Positions 17,509 to 26,562 of a stretch of DNA of 64,000 nucleotides are shown here, one piece after another (the stretch's first letter is position 1; every line of letters begins with the position of its first letter). Source of the stretch: Myxococcota bacterium (GTDB lineage Bacteria > Myxococcota_A > UBA9160 > UBA4427); assembly GCA_041690055.1 (NCBI GenBank), contig JBDNFB010000015.1, forward strand, positions 645 to 64,644, in the 5' to 3' direction. A program made the position numbers and the translations under genes. The notes under the pieces were generated by a model that was given only the letters and a program-made list of their open reading frames with translations, was not told where the DNA came from and did no database searches.

Positions 17509-19686
17509 TCAGTCTTTCTGCTCATCATCTACTGCCCAGCGCTTTTGATCCTTCGCTAAGAAGACCTCGAAGTCTTCCGCAAGCAGGGGGCGACTGAAGA
17601 GATATCCCTGCAGCTCATGGCAGCCCAAATCGACAAGACAATGCGCATGTTCCTGGGTCTCGACGCCCTCAGCCACGACTTTGAGATCGAGCCGCTTGGC
17701 CAAAGCCGCGATCGCGGATACCAAAGCCTCATCGCTGGCACTCTGACCCAGCCCAGAAACAAAGGAACGATCAATCTTCAGTCGCTCAATCGGAAATCGC
17801 TGCAACGCGGAGAGCGACGAATAGCCCGTCCCGAAATCATCCAGGGCAAAGCCGATTCCCATTTCGGATAAATGACTCACTGCCGCCACGATATTGGGAC
17901 TGGCATCCAGGATGGATGTTTCCGTAATTTCCAGTTCGAGGTGGGCGGGACTTAACTCGGACTCGCAGAGGATATCGCTCACCGTTGCCGTCACGCCGTG
18001 CGAGCGAAGTTGGTTCACCGAAATATTCACCGACATGCGGATCGGATCGAAACCCTGCGCTTGCCAAGCCGCGCCTTGCAAACAAGCCGTACGCAAAACC
18101 CAAGCGCCGATATCAACAATTAGGCCCGTCTCTTCGGCAATCGGCACGAACTCGTCCGGCCCTATGCACTCACCGTCGGAGTCTGTCCAGCGAAGCAGAG
18201 CCTCCACCGCAGACACGCGACCCGTTCGGCCATCACGAATAGGTTGATACACAAGATGGAACTCGTCTCGCTCCAACGCGCGGCGAAGCTTGTTTTCCAG
18301 ATTCAGCCGACGCGTCGATGTCCGATTCATTGAAGCATCGAAGAACTGATAGACATGTCCGCCACAGCCCTTTGCATGATACATCGCGAGATCAGCGGAC
18401 TGAAGTAGCTCCTCGCTATTCACGCCGTCGTCCGGCCAAACAGCGATCCCGATACTGCAGCCCGTAAAAATTTCCTGGTCGCCGATCGCGAACGGCCTCG
18501 ACATGGAATCAAGGACGCGGCGCGCCACCCGCGCCGCGTCCTGCGAATGATCGAGATCCGTCACAACGATCGTGAATTCGTCACCGCCGAGACGCGAGAC
18601 ACTGCCGCCCACCCGCCCTTCGGTTTGGAGCTCTGCCTCGGCCTTCGACTCGGCCGCAAGGCGCCCCACCGTATCGCTGCCCCGAACCGCCGCGCGAAGG
18701 CGCTGCGCCACCTGCGTGAGCAGCACATCGCCGCTCGTATGCCCAAGCGAGTCGTTGACGTTTTTGAAACGGTCGATGTCCAAAAAGAGAAGCGCCATGG
18801 GCTTATCGATCTCGCCCGCCCGCGTGATTGCCTTCGCAATCTGCTCATGAAAAAGGTCGCGGTTCGGCAGTCCCGTGAGCGAATCAAAATAGGCGAGGTG
18901 TCGAATCCGCTGCTCTGCCTCCATGCGTTTAGTGATGTTGCGCGCCGTAGCAAGCACCATTCCGTCGCTCAGTCGCCGCGCGGAAAGTTCCGTCCAGACC
19001 CATTCCTTGCCGCGACTCCGACTCAAGCGACGCACCGAGCGAACCGTCATCCCCGCCGCAAGATCTTCCAGCGCTTTCACGTTGGAATCCTCTTCTGCCT
19101 CGAAAAACAAATCGCCTACCGGCGTGTCATGAAGCCTCTCGCGATCGAGTCCGAAGAGTTCGTGGGCAGCGGGATTACTCGTATGAATCTTGCCCTCGCC
19201 GTCGAAGACGATGATGCCGTCCGAGGCCTGCTGAATTAGAGCGCGGTACTGGCTCTCACTTTGGCGCAGTGCCTCTTCCGTTTCGCGTCGATCGGTCACG
19301 TCACGAATCGTCGTGAACGTGCGCAGTGTCGCGTCGGCGCCCTCCTGCCGAACTACGCGCAAAGAACTCTCGACCCAGCGAATCCCGCTCTCTCCGAGAT
19401 CCACCCGAAGCTCGGTCCGGTCTGATCCGGATTCCACTGCGCGGTCGAATTGCGCTCGCGCCGCTTCACGATCTTCCTGGGCGATGAGCCCAACAAGCTC
19501 TTCGGGCGACAGCAAATTGAGGTCGATATCAGGTCGGCCGGGCACCGATCCGGCGATCCATTCCCTCGACCAGGTCCCGTCTTCTTCCCGACGCAAAACG
19601 CAGGCCCAGTCCGAACCCAGTTCCGCGATCACGCGACGTGCTTCGTCGAGATCCAGTCCTTCTTCGGAGTTTGAAATGGTACTCAC
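17509..19686 (-). CDS. PAS/PAC-GGDEF-EAL signalling protein
   Basis: Two PAS-like segments. GGDEF (RLGGDEFTIVV). EAL motifs (EALLRW, DDFGTGYSSL). Confidence 0.9.
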   Translation of the reverse strand: MSTISNSEEGLDLDEARRVIAELGSDWACVLRREEDGTWSREWIAGSVPGRPDIDLNLLSPEELVGLIAQEDREAARAQFDRAVESGSDRTELRVDLGESGIRWVESSLRVVRQEGADATLRTFTTIRDVTDRRETEEALRQSESQYRALIQQASDGIIVFDGEGKIHTSNPAAHELFGLDRERLHDTPVGDLFFEAEEDSNVKALEDLAAGMTVRSVRRLSRSRGKEWVWTELSARRLSDGMVLATARNITKRMEAEQRIRHLAYFDSLTGLPNRDLFHEQIAKAITRAGEIDKPMALLFLDIDRFKNVNDSLGHTSGDVLLTQVAQRLRAAVRGSDTVGRLAAESKAEAELQTEGRVGGSVSRLGGDEFTIVVTDLDHSQDAARVARRVLDSMSRPFAIGDQEIFTGCSIGIAVWPDDGVNSEELLQSADLAMYHAKGCGGHVYQFFDASMNRTSTRRLNLENKLRRALERDEFHLVYQPIRDGRTGRVSAVEALLRWTDSDGECIGPDEFVPIAEETGLIVDIGAWVLRTACLQGAAWQAQGFDPIRMSVNISVNQLRSHGVTATVSDILCESELSPAHLELEITETSILDASPNIVAAVSHLSEMGIGFALDDFGTGYSSLSALQRFPIERLKIDRSFVSGLGQSASDEALVSAIAALAKRLDLKVVAEGVETQEHAHCLVDLGCHELQGYLFSRPLLAEDFEVFLAKDQKRWAVDDEQKD

Positions 19687-19882
19687 CCGCGGCCACCCTT
19701 TCGGACAGAGACTCCTGTCCTATCCCAGGGTGTATCGGCAGACCCCCGCTTCCGGGTGATCGGGCGATCGCGGGAAGCTCTGCTCGGGGTTAAACCTTAG
19801 GGCGAGGTCAACGTCAGGCTTCACGCGTCAGGTCGCAGGTCACAGGTCCCGCGCGCACGGCTTCAGGCCGAGATATGTGGAA

Positions 19883-21790
19883 TTAGGCACTCCCGATCGT
19901 GAAGCCATGCTGTGCAAGTTCTGTTCGTAGAGCGGAATCGGGATCGCCGAGCAGTTCTCTCAAAAGGCGCACGGCCGACTTCTCCCAACGCGCCTCCGGA
20001 ATCACGAAATCATATTCTTCGGCGCGTAGACTCTCAAAACGAAGCCCTGCATCCCGAGCGACGGATTCAATCGTGACGCCCCAATCCGCCCGCCCCTGAG
20101 CGATCGCTGCGGCCACCGCAAAATGCGAGCGGGGCTCATAGGGGTAGCCCGGCGGCCGGCGTTCACCCAACAAACGGTCGATCAAAATACGCGTGCCCGC
20201 TCCCCGATTGCGGTTCACCATCCGGACTTTCGGATCCGCAAGCAGCTCATCGATCGAGCGCGTTTCCTGCACCCGAGTCACCACACCCTGCATTCGCCGA
20301 TAGCCGGGCAAAAGCCGAAGCCCCTGCGTCAGGAAGGGTTCATTGTAACGGTCGGTCGCATCATCGAGGAGATGGATCGGCGCGAGGTCGCATTCGCCCC
20401 GCTGCGCCGCGGCAAGTCCGCCCTGACTCCCCACTGCGAGTAGCTTCACACGCATTCCGTGCCGCGAAAGTTCACTGGCGATCAAATCAAGCCCAGCGCA
20501 ATGGCTCCCGATGACGACAAGATCCGCCACCGGCACCTCATGCCCGATCAGCGTCACCTCGACCGGGGAATCCGCTTCGACCTGCTCCGTATTCCGGCCG
20601 AGTCGCACAAAACCATCCGCGCGACTGAAGCTCGTCACACTGCCGCTGCCCTTGCCCATAGGGTAGGCCGACAGGCGACCCGACTGGTCTTCCACGAGAC
20701 CGACTAGCAAGTATTCAAGTCGACCGCGCTCGCTCTGTGTCTTAATCGCGAGCTGAGCGGTTCGCGTCTCTCGCGATTCGCGGGCGCGACCGGCAAAATC
20801 GCGGATCAGCGGCGCGACAAACTCATGAAAGGTGAAGATCGCGCTCGTCGGGAACCCGGGCAGGATCACGACGGGCTTCGTCCCTTCGGCAGCGAGGCAG
20901 ATCGGCTTGCCGGGTTTGAGCGCAACACCATGCACTAGAATTCCCGGCGAAAGTTCACCGACAACGATCGCGTTCAGATCGCCCTCGCCTTTCGATGTCC
21001 CCCCCGAAAGCAGGACCAGATCCGAGTCTACGAGCGCATTCTGAATCGCACTGCGCAGCGCGGGTAGATCATCTCTAAACGCGCCATGAAAAACCGGATC
21101 GCCTCCGAGCTCAGCCACCGCATCCACCAAGATCCGACCATTGCTATCGAAGACCAGACCCGGTCGCATTGCCTCGCCGGGCTGGACGATCTCGTCTCCC
21201 GTCGACAGGATCGCCACCCGCGGACGACGCACGACCGATACAAACTCACAGCCGATTGCCGCGAGCACGCCGGTCTCTCTCGAAGTAAGCCGCGTTCCCG
21301 CGAAGAGCACGGTCTCTCCGCGCCCCATATCGGTGCCTGCAAAGCTCACCGCCGCCCCCGGCACGCGCGACGCACGCACCAACACGAAACGCTCATCTTC
21401 GGGATCCGCATCCGTCACTTCGATGGGCGCCACGGCGTCGGCTCCGCGAGGCAGCATTCCACCCGTCGCGATCACCGTCGCTGTGCCCTCGCCCACTTCG
21501 ACCTGAGGTTCGATCCCTGTCGCGAGGATCTCATCGTTCAGACGCAGACGTATCGGCTCCTCTTCCGAAGCGCCAAACGTATCCGCCGCGCGCACCGCGA
21601 AGCCGTCCATATTCGACCGATCAAAACCCGGCACATCGACGGTCGCGCGCACATCTTCCGCAAGCACGCGCCCAAGAGCCTTAGCTAGCGGAATCGTTTC
21701 CGGCGCCAAAGCGGCATTGCCTACGACGGCCCGCCACCTCGCCTCGGCCTCATCGCGATCAAGCACTTCGAGAAACTGCGTCTGCTTCAT
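19883..21790 (-). CDS. moeA: MoeA (molybdopterin molybdenum/tungsten transferase) fused to a C-terminal periplasmic-binding-protein-like anion-binding domain
   Basis: MoeA N-terminal, MoCF-binding and C-terminal domains, then about 230 aa of PBP-like fold (VIGSHCAGLDLI...). 4-nt overlap with the upstream moeA paralogue. Confidence 0.8.
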   Translation of the reverse strand: MKQTQFLEVLDRDEAEARWRAVVGNAALAPETIPLAKALGRVLAEDVRATVDVPGFDRSNMDGFAVRAADTFGASEEEPIRLRLNDEILATGIEPQVEVGEGTATVIATGGMLPRGADAVAPIEVTDADPEDERFVLVRASRVPGAAVSFAGTDMGRGETVLFAGTRLTSRETGVLAAIGCEFVSVVRRPRVAILSTGDEIVQPGEAMRPGLVFDSNGRILVDAVAELGGDPVFHGAFRDDLPALRSAIQNALVDSDLVLLSGGTSKGEGDLNAIVVGELSPGILVHGVALKPGKPICLAAEGTKPVVILPGFPTSAIFTFHEFVAPLIRDFAGRARESRETRTAQLAIKTQSERGRLEYLLVGLVEDQSGRLSAYPMGKGSGSVTSFSRADGFVRLGRNTEQVEADSPVEVTLIGHEVPVADLVVIGSHCAGLDLIASELSRHGMRVKLLAVGSQGGLAAAQRGECDLAPIHLLDDATDRYNEPFLTQGLRLLPGYRRMQGVVTRVQETRSIDELLADPKVRMVNRNRGAGTRILIDRLLGERRPPGYPYEPRSHFAVAAAIAQGRADWGVTIESVARDAGLRFESLRAEEYDFVIPEARWEKSAVRLLRELLGDPDSALRTELAQHGFTIGSA

Positions 21791-23076
21791 GCGTCGCTCG
21801 CGATCGTCTGCAGAAGGCCCGGCTCGATATGCTCAGCATCCGGCCCCTCATCATCGTAAAGAAGAACCTCAACCGCCTCGCCCTCGGCCATCCCCTCGAG
21901 CTCGCGCGGCACAACGACGGAACCCGCCGCGCGCACCGTCGACGAAAGAATCGAAGCACCCGAAGTCGCGAGTGGAATCGCTTTTCCGCCCTCGATCGCC
22001 ACGCGGACATAATCCGTTCGCCCCACTTCGGAAACGATCTTGCGCGCAAGGAGCACCTTCACGCGCCGATGCGGCCATTTCCGTGCGCGTCCCCCAAGCG
22101 CCCGAATTGTGGGTCCCGCGAAGAACTCATAGGCGGATAAACAGCTCACGGGATTCCCAGGCAGCAGAAAAACAAAACGGGCTCCGATCCGGCCGATTCC
22201 CGTCGGACTCGACGGGCGCATCGAAATCCCGTGGAAGACCAGTTCACCAAGTTCCGAGAGCAAGCGCGGAGCATGGTCTTCTTGCCCGACCGAGGTTCCG
22301 CCGGAAACCAGAACAATATCGGCGTCTTGATCGGCCATCGCGTCGCGAATGACATCAGGCACGTCGGGTAATATTTCAAAGGGCATCGCTTTACCGCCAT
22401 CGCGTTCGATGAGTCCGCGCAGCACAACCGAATTGCTATCCACGATCTGCGAACCCGCCGGCTTGGAACCCGCCGGTAGGAGTTCATCCCCGGTGATGAC
22501 GAGGCGCACGCGCGGGGCGCGCACGCAGGCGACTTCCGCCCGACCGATCGAAGAAAGCAGTCCTGCGTCCTGTGGTCGCAACCGCCGACCTACGGAGAGC
22601 ACCGGATCCGATCGCCGAATGTCTTCGCCGACCGCGCCGACATTTTTTTGGGGCGCCACCGACTCGCTGATCGCAACGACACCGTCCGCCTCCTCACACA
22701 CCTCCGCCTTGATCACGGCATCGGCCCCATCGGGAATCGGCGCGCCGGTCATGATCCGAACGGCCTGCTTCGGCCCAACCGTTCCTTGGAAGGGCTTACC
22801 GGGAAGAGATAGGCCGATCACGTCCAAGCGGATCGCGTCATAGGCGGATGCGCCGAAACTTTCCTCACCGCGGAGGGCATACCCATCCATGGCCGAGCGT
22901 GCGAAGCCGGGCACATCGACTTCCGCGGTCACGTCTTCGGCGAGAACACGATGAACACATTCGAGTAGAGGCACGCTCTCCGCAGAGAGCGGCTTGGCCT
23001 CCTCACGCAGATACGCGGTCACGATCTCGACATCCACACGCTCTGTGAATCCGCGCATGCGTACGTCGTGCTTCAT
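21787..23076 (-). CDS. moeA: molybdopterin molybdotransferase MoeA (second paralogue)
   Basis: Full MoeA architecture (..VPGFARSAMDGYALR.., SGGTSVGQEDH). Start set at ATG 23076, behind AAGGAAAGAG; the track ORF begins at 23124. Confidence 0.85.
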   Translation of the reverse strand: MKHDVRMRGFTERVDVEIVTAYLREEAKPLSAESVPLLECVHRVLAEDVTAEVDVPGFARSAMDGYALRGEESFGASAYDAIRLDVIGLSLPGKPFQGTVGPKQAVRIMTGAPIPDGADAVIKAEVCEEADGVVAISESVAPQKNVGAVGEDIRRSDPVLSVGRRLRPQDAGLLSSIGRAEVACVRAPRVRLVITGDELLPAGSKPAGSQIVDSNSVVLRGLIERDGGKAMPFEILPDVPDVIRDAMADQDADIVLVSGGTSVGQEDHAPRLLSELGELVFHGISMRPSSPTGIGRIGARFVFLLPGNPVSCLSAYEFFAGPTIRALGGRARKWPHRRVKVLLARKIVSEVGRTDYVRVAIEGGKAIPLATSGASILSSTVRAAGSVVVPRELEGMAEGEAVEVLLYDDEGPDAEHIEPGLLQTIASDA

Positions 23077-23144
23077 CTCTTTCCTTTCGCTGCGCACGCG
23101 GGCCTCGCTATTGGCTCGCCACAACGCATCCCTTCCCTAGAGGT

Positions 23145-23187
23145 CCAAAACACAAAGACGGGCAAGGAGCATTACCCCCTGCCCGTC
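23145..23187 (-). terminator. intrinsic terminator downstream of the AOR gene
   Basis: Minus strand has GACGGGCA-15 nt loop-TGCCCGTC followed by TTTGTGTTTTGG. Confidence 0.65.
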
Positions 23188-23230
23188 TCAGTTTCGTCTA
23201 TTCAACGTGAAGCGCCGGCTCAGCAAAACC

Positions 23231-23307
23231 TAGGCAAAATCCAGGCAAAATCTAAGTCGAATCTTAGTCGAATCTTAGTCGCATCTAAGTCGCATCTAAG
23301 TCAGATC
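23231..23307. repeat. seven tandem 11-bp units (TAGGCAAAATC x2, T[AT][AT]GTCG[AC]ATC x4, TAAGTCAGATC) in the AOR 3' UTR
   Basis: Read directly from the sequence. The period is exactly 11 bp and therefore non-coding. The last unit overlaps the AOR stop codon. Confidence 0.9.
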
Positions 23308-25039
23308 AGCCGCTCGCCTTGGCCACGAAGAGCTCGTCGCGCATCGGGAAGCGGACCTTCGACTGATTGATGATCTCAAGCGAGACATCGAACTTCATCG
23401 AGTGGTCCGGGCCGATGCCCTCTTCCACGAGACATTCGGAAAGACCATTGTCTTCGTCTTTCCAGCCCGCCGCCGCATTGAAGTTCCATTCGTCCTGCAG
23501 ACATTCCCAGCCCTGGTTGGCGATTTCTTCTCGCGAAACTTCGGTTCCGTACATGATTCCGTAGTACCCGCGAATATCGTCGAGGGTCGGCGAGATGAAC
23601 TGACAGAAGCCCGAGGAATCACAGACCATGTTTACGAGCTGGCATTCTTGTGAAGCCCGCGCGAACTCTTCCGGAGCGAGCCCCGGGTTCACGATCAGTC
23701 CGGCCGTATGGTCAGCACCCATCGGGCCCGCCGCGTAGGTCACACCCGTTGCCTTCAGCGGGCGCGGATCCCAAGCCGGAATGGCTTGGCCACGACCGTG
23801 GGGCACGCGCTTATGCTTCAGCTTCTTGCCCGTGGCGACAGCGCCGTTGCCGATCATCTTGCCGCGCTCGGTGCCTTCGGCGATTTCCTTGAGCAGCTCA
23901 ATCGCAGCCTTCGAATCGCCCCAGTCCATGCCACCCGAATCCATCAGGATTGCGATGGCTGCACCCGTCTCGATCGTATCGAGACCAACCTCGTCGCAGA
24001 GCCGATCGAGATCAGCCACTTCGTCAAAGGTCTTGATGGCGCAGGAGGCGCCGAGGATCGTCAGCGTTTCGAACTCGAGAGCCGACGTTTTGTATTTGCC
24101 ATCCGCGTCGTGCACGATGTTCGAGCATTTCACGATGCAGCCCGTCATGCAGTTATGCATGCCGCCGCCGCGGGTCTCGAAGCTTTCGACGATGCGCGCA
24201 CCGTCGAGCGTCTCGACATCGGGGGACTGACCTTCCGTTCGGTTCTTGTACACGAACGTGTTCAGCATGTTCGCGAGCGGTACCACCGAAGACGTGCCGT
24301 GCTGGAACATTTGCGGGCCGTCGAGGTAATCCTTCGAGTACTTCTTGTTCAGCTTGTTGAAGGCTTTCGAATCGGTCGCCTGCCTCGTCCGGGCCTTGCC
24401 GGGATCCACGAGAACCCACTTGAGTCCCTTGGATCCCATCACCGCACCGAGACCACCGCGTGCTGCGTGGCGCGCCGGTCGGCGTTCCTGATCCTGATCC
24501 GTGCAGGCCACCGAAGCACCCGAAAGTCCGAGCTCTCCGGCCGGGCCGATCGAAATCACGCTGGCGGTCTTCTTCTCGTTCGCCAGGAGCTTTTCGCAAA
24601 GCGCGTAGTTCCACATGCCGTTGTATTCGTCGGCGGCAACAACGGAGACTTCGCCTTCGTCGATGCGCAGGCCGTAGCGCTTACTGCCGTCCGAGGGCTT
24701 GCCCTTAACGATGACCGCTCGAATGCCGAGCTTCATGAGATGCTGGCCGGGATTGCCGCCCGCGTTCGCTTCCTTGATGCCGTTGGTCAGCGGGCTCTTG
24801 CCGCCGATCGAGATGCGTCCCGAGGTCGGGGCCGTCGTGCCTGAAAGCACACCAGGCGCCATCACGAGCACATTATCGGGACCCAGCGGATCACAGGTCG
24901 GGTCACATTCCTTAGTCAGGATCTTCGCGGAGAGACCCCGACCGCCGAGCAGCTTCCATTCTTCCGGGAAAGGCTCATAGGACGTGGTCTGGTCCGTCAT
25001 GTTCACGTAGAGAAGGCGATCTCCCTCGGGTCCGGGCAT
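23306..25039 (-). CDS. aor: aldehyde:ferredoxin oxidoreductase family (tungsto/molybdopterin enzyme)
   Basis: AFOR N-terminal domain (LLYVNMTDQTTSYEPFPEEWKLLGGRGLSAKIL) with collinear similarity across 577 aa, including the Cys-rich HNCMTGCIVKC region. Confidence 0.85.
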   Translation of the reverse strand: MPGPEGDRLLYVNMTDQTTSYEPFPEEWKLLGGRGLSAKILTKECDPTCDPLGPDNVLVMAPGVLSGTTAPTSGRISIGGKSPLTNGIKEANAGGNPGQHLMKLGIRAVIVKGKPSDGSKRYGLRIDEGEVSVVAADEYNGMWNYALCEKLLANEKKTASVISIGPAGELGLSGASVACTDQDQERRPARHAARGGLGAVMGSKGLKWVLVDPGKARTRQATDSKAFNKLNKKYSKDYLDGPQMFQHGTSSVVPLANMLNTFVYKNRTEGQSPDVETLDGARIVESFETRGGGMHNCMTGCIVKCSNIVHDADGKYKTSALEFETLTILGASCAIKTFDEVADLDRLCDEVGLDTIETGAAIAILMDSGGMDWGDSKAAIELLKEIAEGTERGKMIGNGAVATGKKLKHKRVPHGRGQAIPAWDPRPLKATGVTYAAGPMGADHTAGLIVNPGLAPEEFARASQECQLVNMVCDSSGFCQFISPTLDDIRGYYGIMYGTEVSREEIANQGWECLQDEWNFNAAAGWKDEDNGLSECLVEEGIGPDHSMKFDVSLEIINQSKVRFPMRDELFVAKASG

Positions 25040-25253
25040 ATGCGATTTCCTTTATCCCGAGCTTTTAGGGGTTCGGGGTCGTTCGGGTTTAGAATTTGTC
25101 AGGTGCTTGAAGGCGTCTTCAGGTCTCGTCAGGTGTTTGAATACGGCCTGAGTCGAGCGGAGTGTAGAGGCCGCAACGCATCTTGGTTCGCTGCAAGCGA
25201 TCCAGTAGCGGGCGGACCCCAAAGATCCTTCAATCGGGTCCGCGTCGCAACGC

Positions 25254-25532
25254 TCAACCGCCCGCGATTGCGGCGATGATCTCGATTTCGTCGGATGCGC
25301 CGACGACCGTCGCGAGCGTCTCGGGGCCGCGGTCGAGAAGCTCTCCGTTCAAGGTGACTTTGACGAATTTGTGGATCGCCCCGTCCCTGGGATCCACAAC
25401 GAGTTCCTTCAGGCCCGGAAACCTCTCTTCAACTGCATCTAAACAGGCCCCGATCGTGTCGAACGCGACCTCGAGTTCAGACTCCCCCTGGGTAGGACCC
25501 TGGAAAATCGTCGGAATCATTACTTTCGCCAT
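25254..25532 (-). CDS. MoaD/ThiS-family ubiquitin-like sulfur-carrier protein
   Basis: 92 aa ending in ..EIEIIAAIAGG (C-terminal Gly-Gly). Strong Shine-Dalgarno GAGAGGAG before ATG 25532. Confidence 0.75.
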   Translation of the reverse strand: MAKVMIPTIFQGPTQGESELEVAFDTIGACLDAVEERFPGLKELVVDPRDGAIHKFVKVTLNGELLDRGPETLATVVGASDEIEIIAAIAGG

Positions 25533-25644
25533 CGTTGCTTCTCCTCTCTCTGGATTCTTATCCATCCGACTGAGCTTCAAGCCCCCGCCATCAGCAACCC
25601 GAGACTCGCCCGGGCCACATTTCCACTCCTCCGGCGAGCGCGCC

Positions 25645-26547
25645 CTACGCGGAGGGCTCCTCAGGATTCACTTCGTCCGCTGCATAGTAGTACCGCCGCT
25701 CGGCCGGAATCTGCCAGACCCGGTCATCGGGCACATCGAAGGCCTTCCGCTCATCTCGGCGCTGCCCCGATCCGGCATCGGCCGGCGCTGACTCGGGGAG
25801 CCAGCCCGTAAGGAAGCCGTCCTTGCCGCGACCGTGATGCACACAGCCGGAATCGAGTCCGCGGAGACCGGGAACAATATGGAGGCCCTGACGCGCCCAA
25901 TGCCCGTAGACCAATCCGAATTCATGCCCGCGCGATAGCCAGGCCTTATGCCAGGCGAATTCAGGTCCTTCCGGCTCTTCACTCGACCAGACCCCATCCG
26001 CCCCAATTCGGCGACAGCGAGTCAAGCGAGCGAGCGCGTTGCGCGTGTCGTCCTCATCGGGTGAGAGCGCAAGAAATGCTTCGGCATCTTTGCGCGATCC
26101 GCCGAGACGCGCGTGCACAGCATCTCCCCACCGCACGAGTTCCGGCAGATCCCAATCGGGACTCGAAGCCGCATGCACCATCGCGAAGGGCTGTCCTTCA
26201 ATTTCGCCGGAAGCAACGAGCGGCCGCTTCCGCAGCCACTCCACCCATTCATTTGCATCGCGTGAGGAAAGCACGTCCTGGATCGAGTCCGCTGGGCGAA
26301 TCTCGCGCAACCCAAACGCAACCTCGAGTAAGAAAACTTCGTGATTGCCTAACACATATTCGGCGCGGCCATCCTCGACCAACCGCCTAACGCGCTCAAG
26401 CGGCCTAAGATTCTCAGGCCCTCGGTTCACCAGATCGCCCGCAACCCAAAGAGAGAACGCATCGCCAAAGGTGTCCTCTGCACGCGAAACCAGTGTTTCG
26501 AGCTCATTTGCGCAGCCCTGGACGTCGCCGATAAAGATACGCTGCAT
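25645..26547 (-). CDS. apaH: symmetrical bis(5'-nucleosyl)-tetraphosphatase (ApaH-type metallophosphoesterase)
   Basis: IFIGDVQGC, GDLVNRGP and GNHE motifs. Collinear with the remembered E. coli ApaH N-terminus. Confidence 0.8.
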   Translation of the reverse strand: MQRIFIGDVQGCANELETLVSRAEDTFGDAFSLWVAGDLVNRGPENLRPLERVRRLVEDGRAEYVLGNHEVFLLEVAFGLREIRPADSIQDVLSSRDANEWVEWLRKRPLVASGEIEGQPFAMVHAASSPDWDLPELVRWGDAVHARLGGSRKDAEAFLALSPDEDDTRNALARLTRCRRIGADGVWSSEEPEGPEFAWHKAWLSRGHEFGLVYGHWARQGLHIVPGLRGLDSGCVHHGRGKDGFLTGWLPESAPADAGSGQRRDERKAFDVPDDRVWQIPAERRYYYAADEVNPEEPSA

Positions 26548-26562
26548 AGTGCCTTCGCTCCG

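Noticed and set aside
19805-19849. TCAGGT/CAGGT motif cluster (7-bp period x3) downstream of moeA-PBP. It resembles GTCAGGTG repeats at 25098-25141 on the other side of the AOR cluster, so it could be a shared operator.
   Set aside because: The motif is only 5-6 nt with low information content. The spacing and orientation differ between the two sites. Chance similarity cannot be excluded without comparative data.
23231-23307. Tandem repeats considered as a possible CRISPR array. The same question was asked of the 12-bp arrays elsewhere.
   Set aside because: The units are contiguous, with no spacers, and are only 11-12 bp long. There are no cas genes. This is not CRISPR.
25040-25253. Possible Moco/Wco riboswitch in the 214-nt spacer between the MoaD-like and AOR genes.
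   Set aside because: I read the minus-strand sequence and could not find the conserved Moco-motif segments I remember. Only short direct repeats (CACCTGAC x2) and a 7-bp hairpin are present. An Infernal scan with the Rfam Moco model would settle it.
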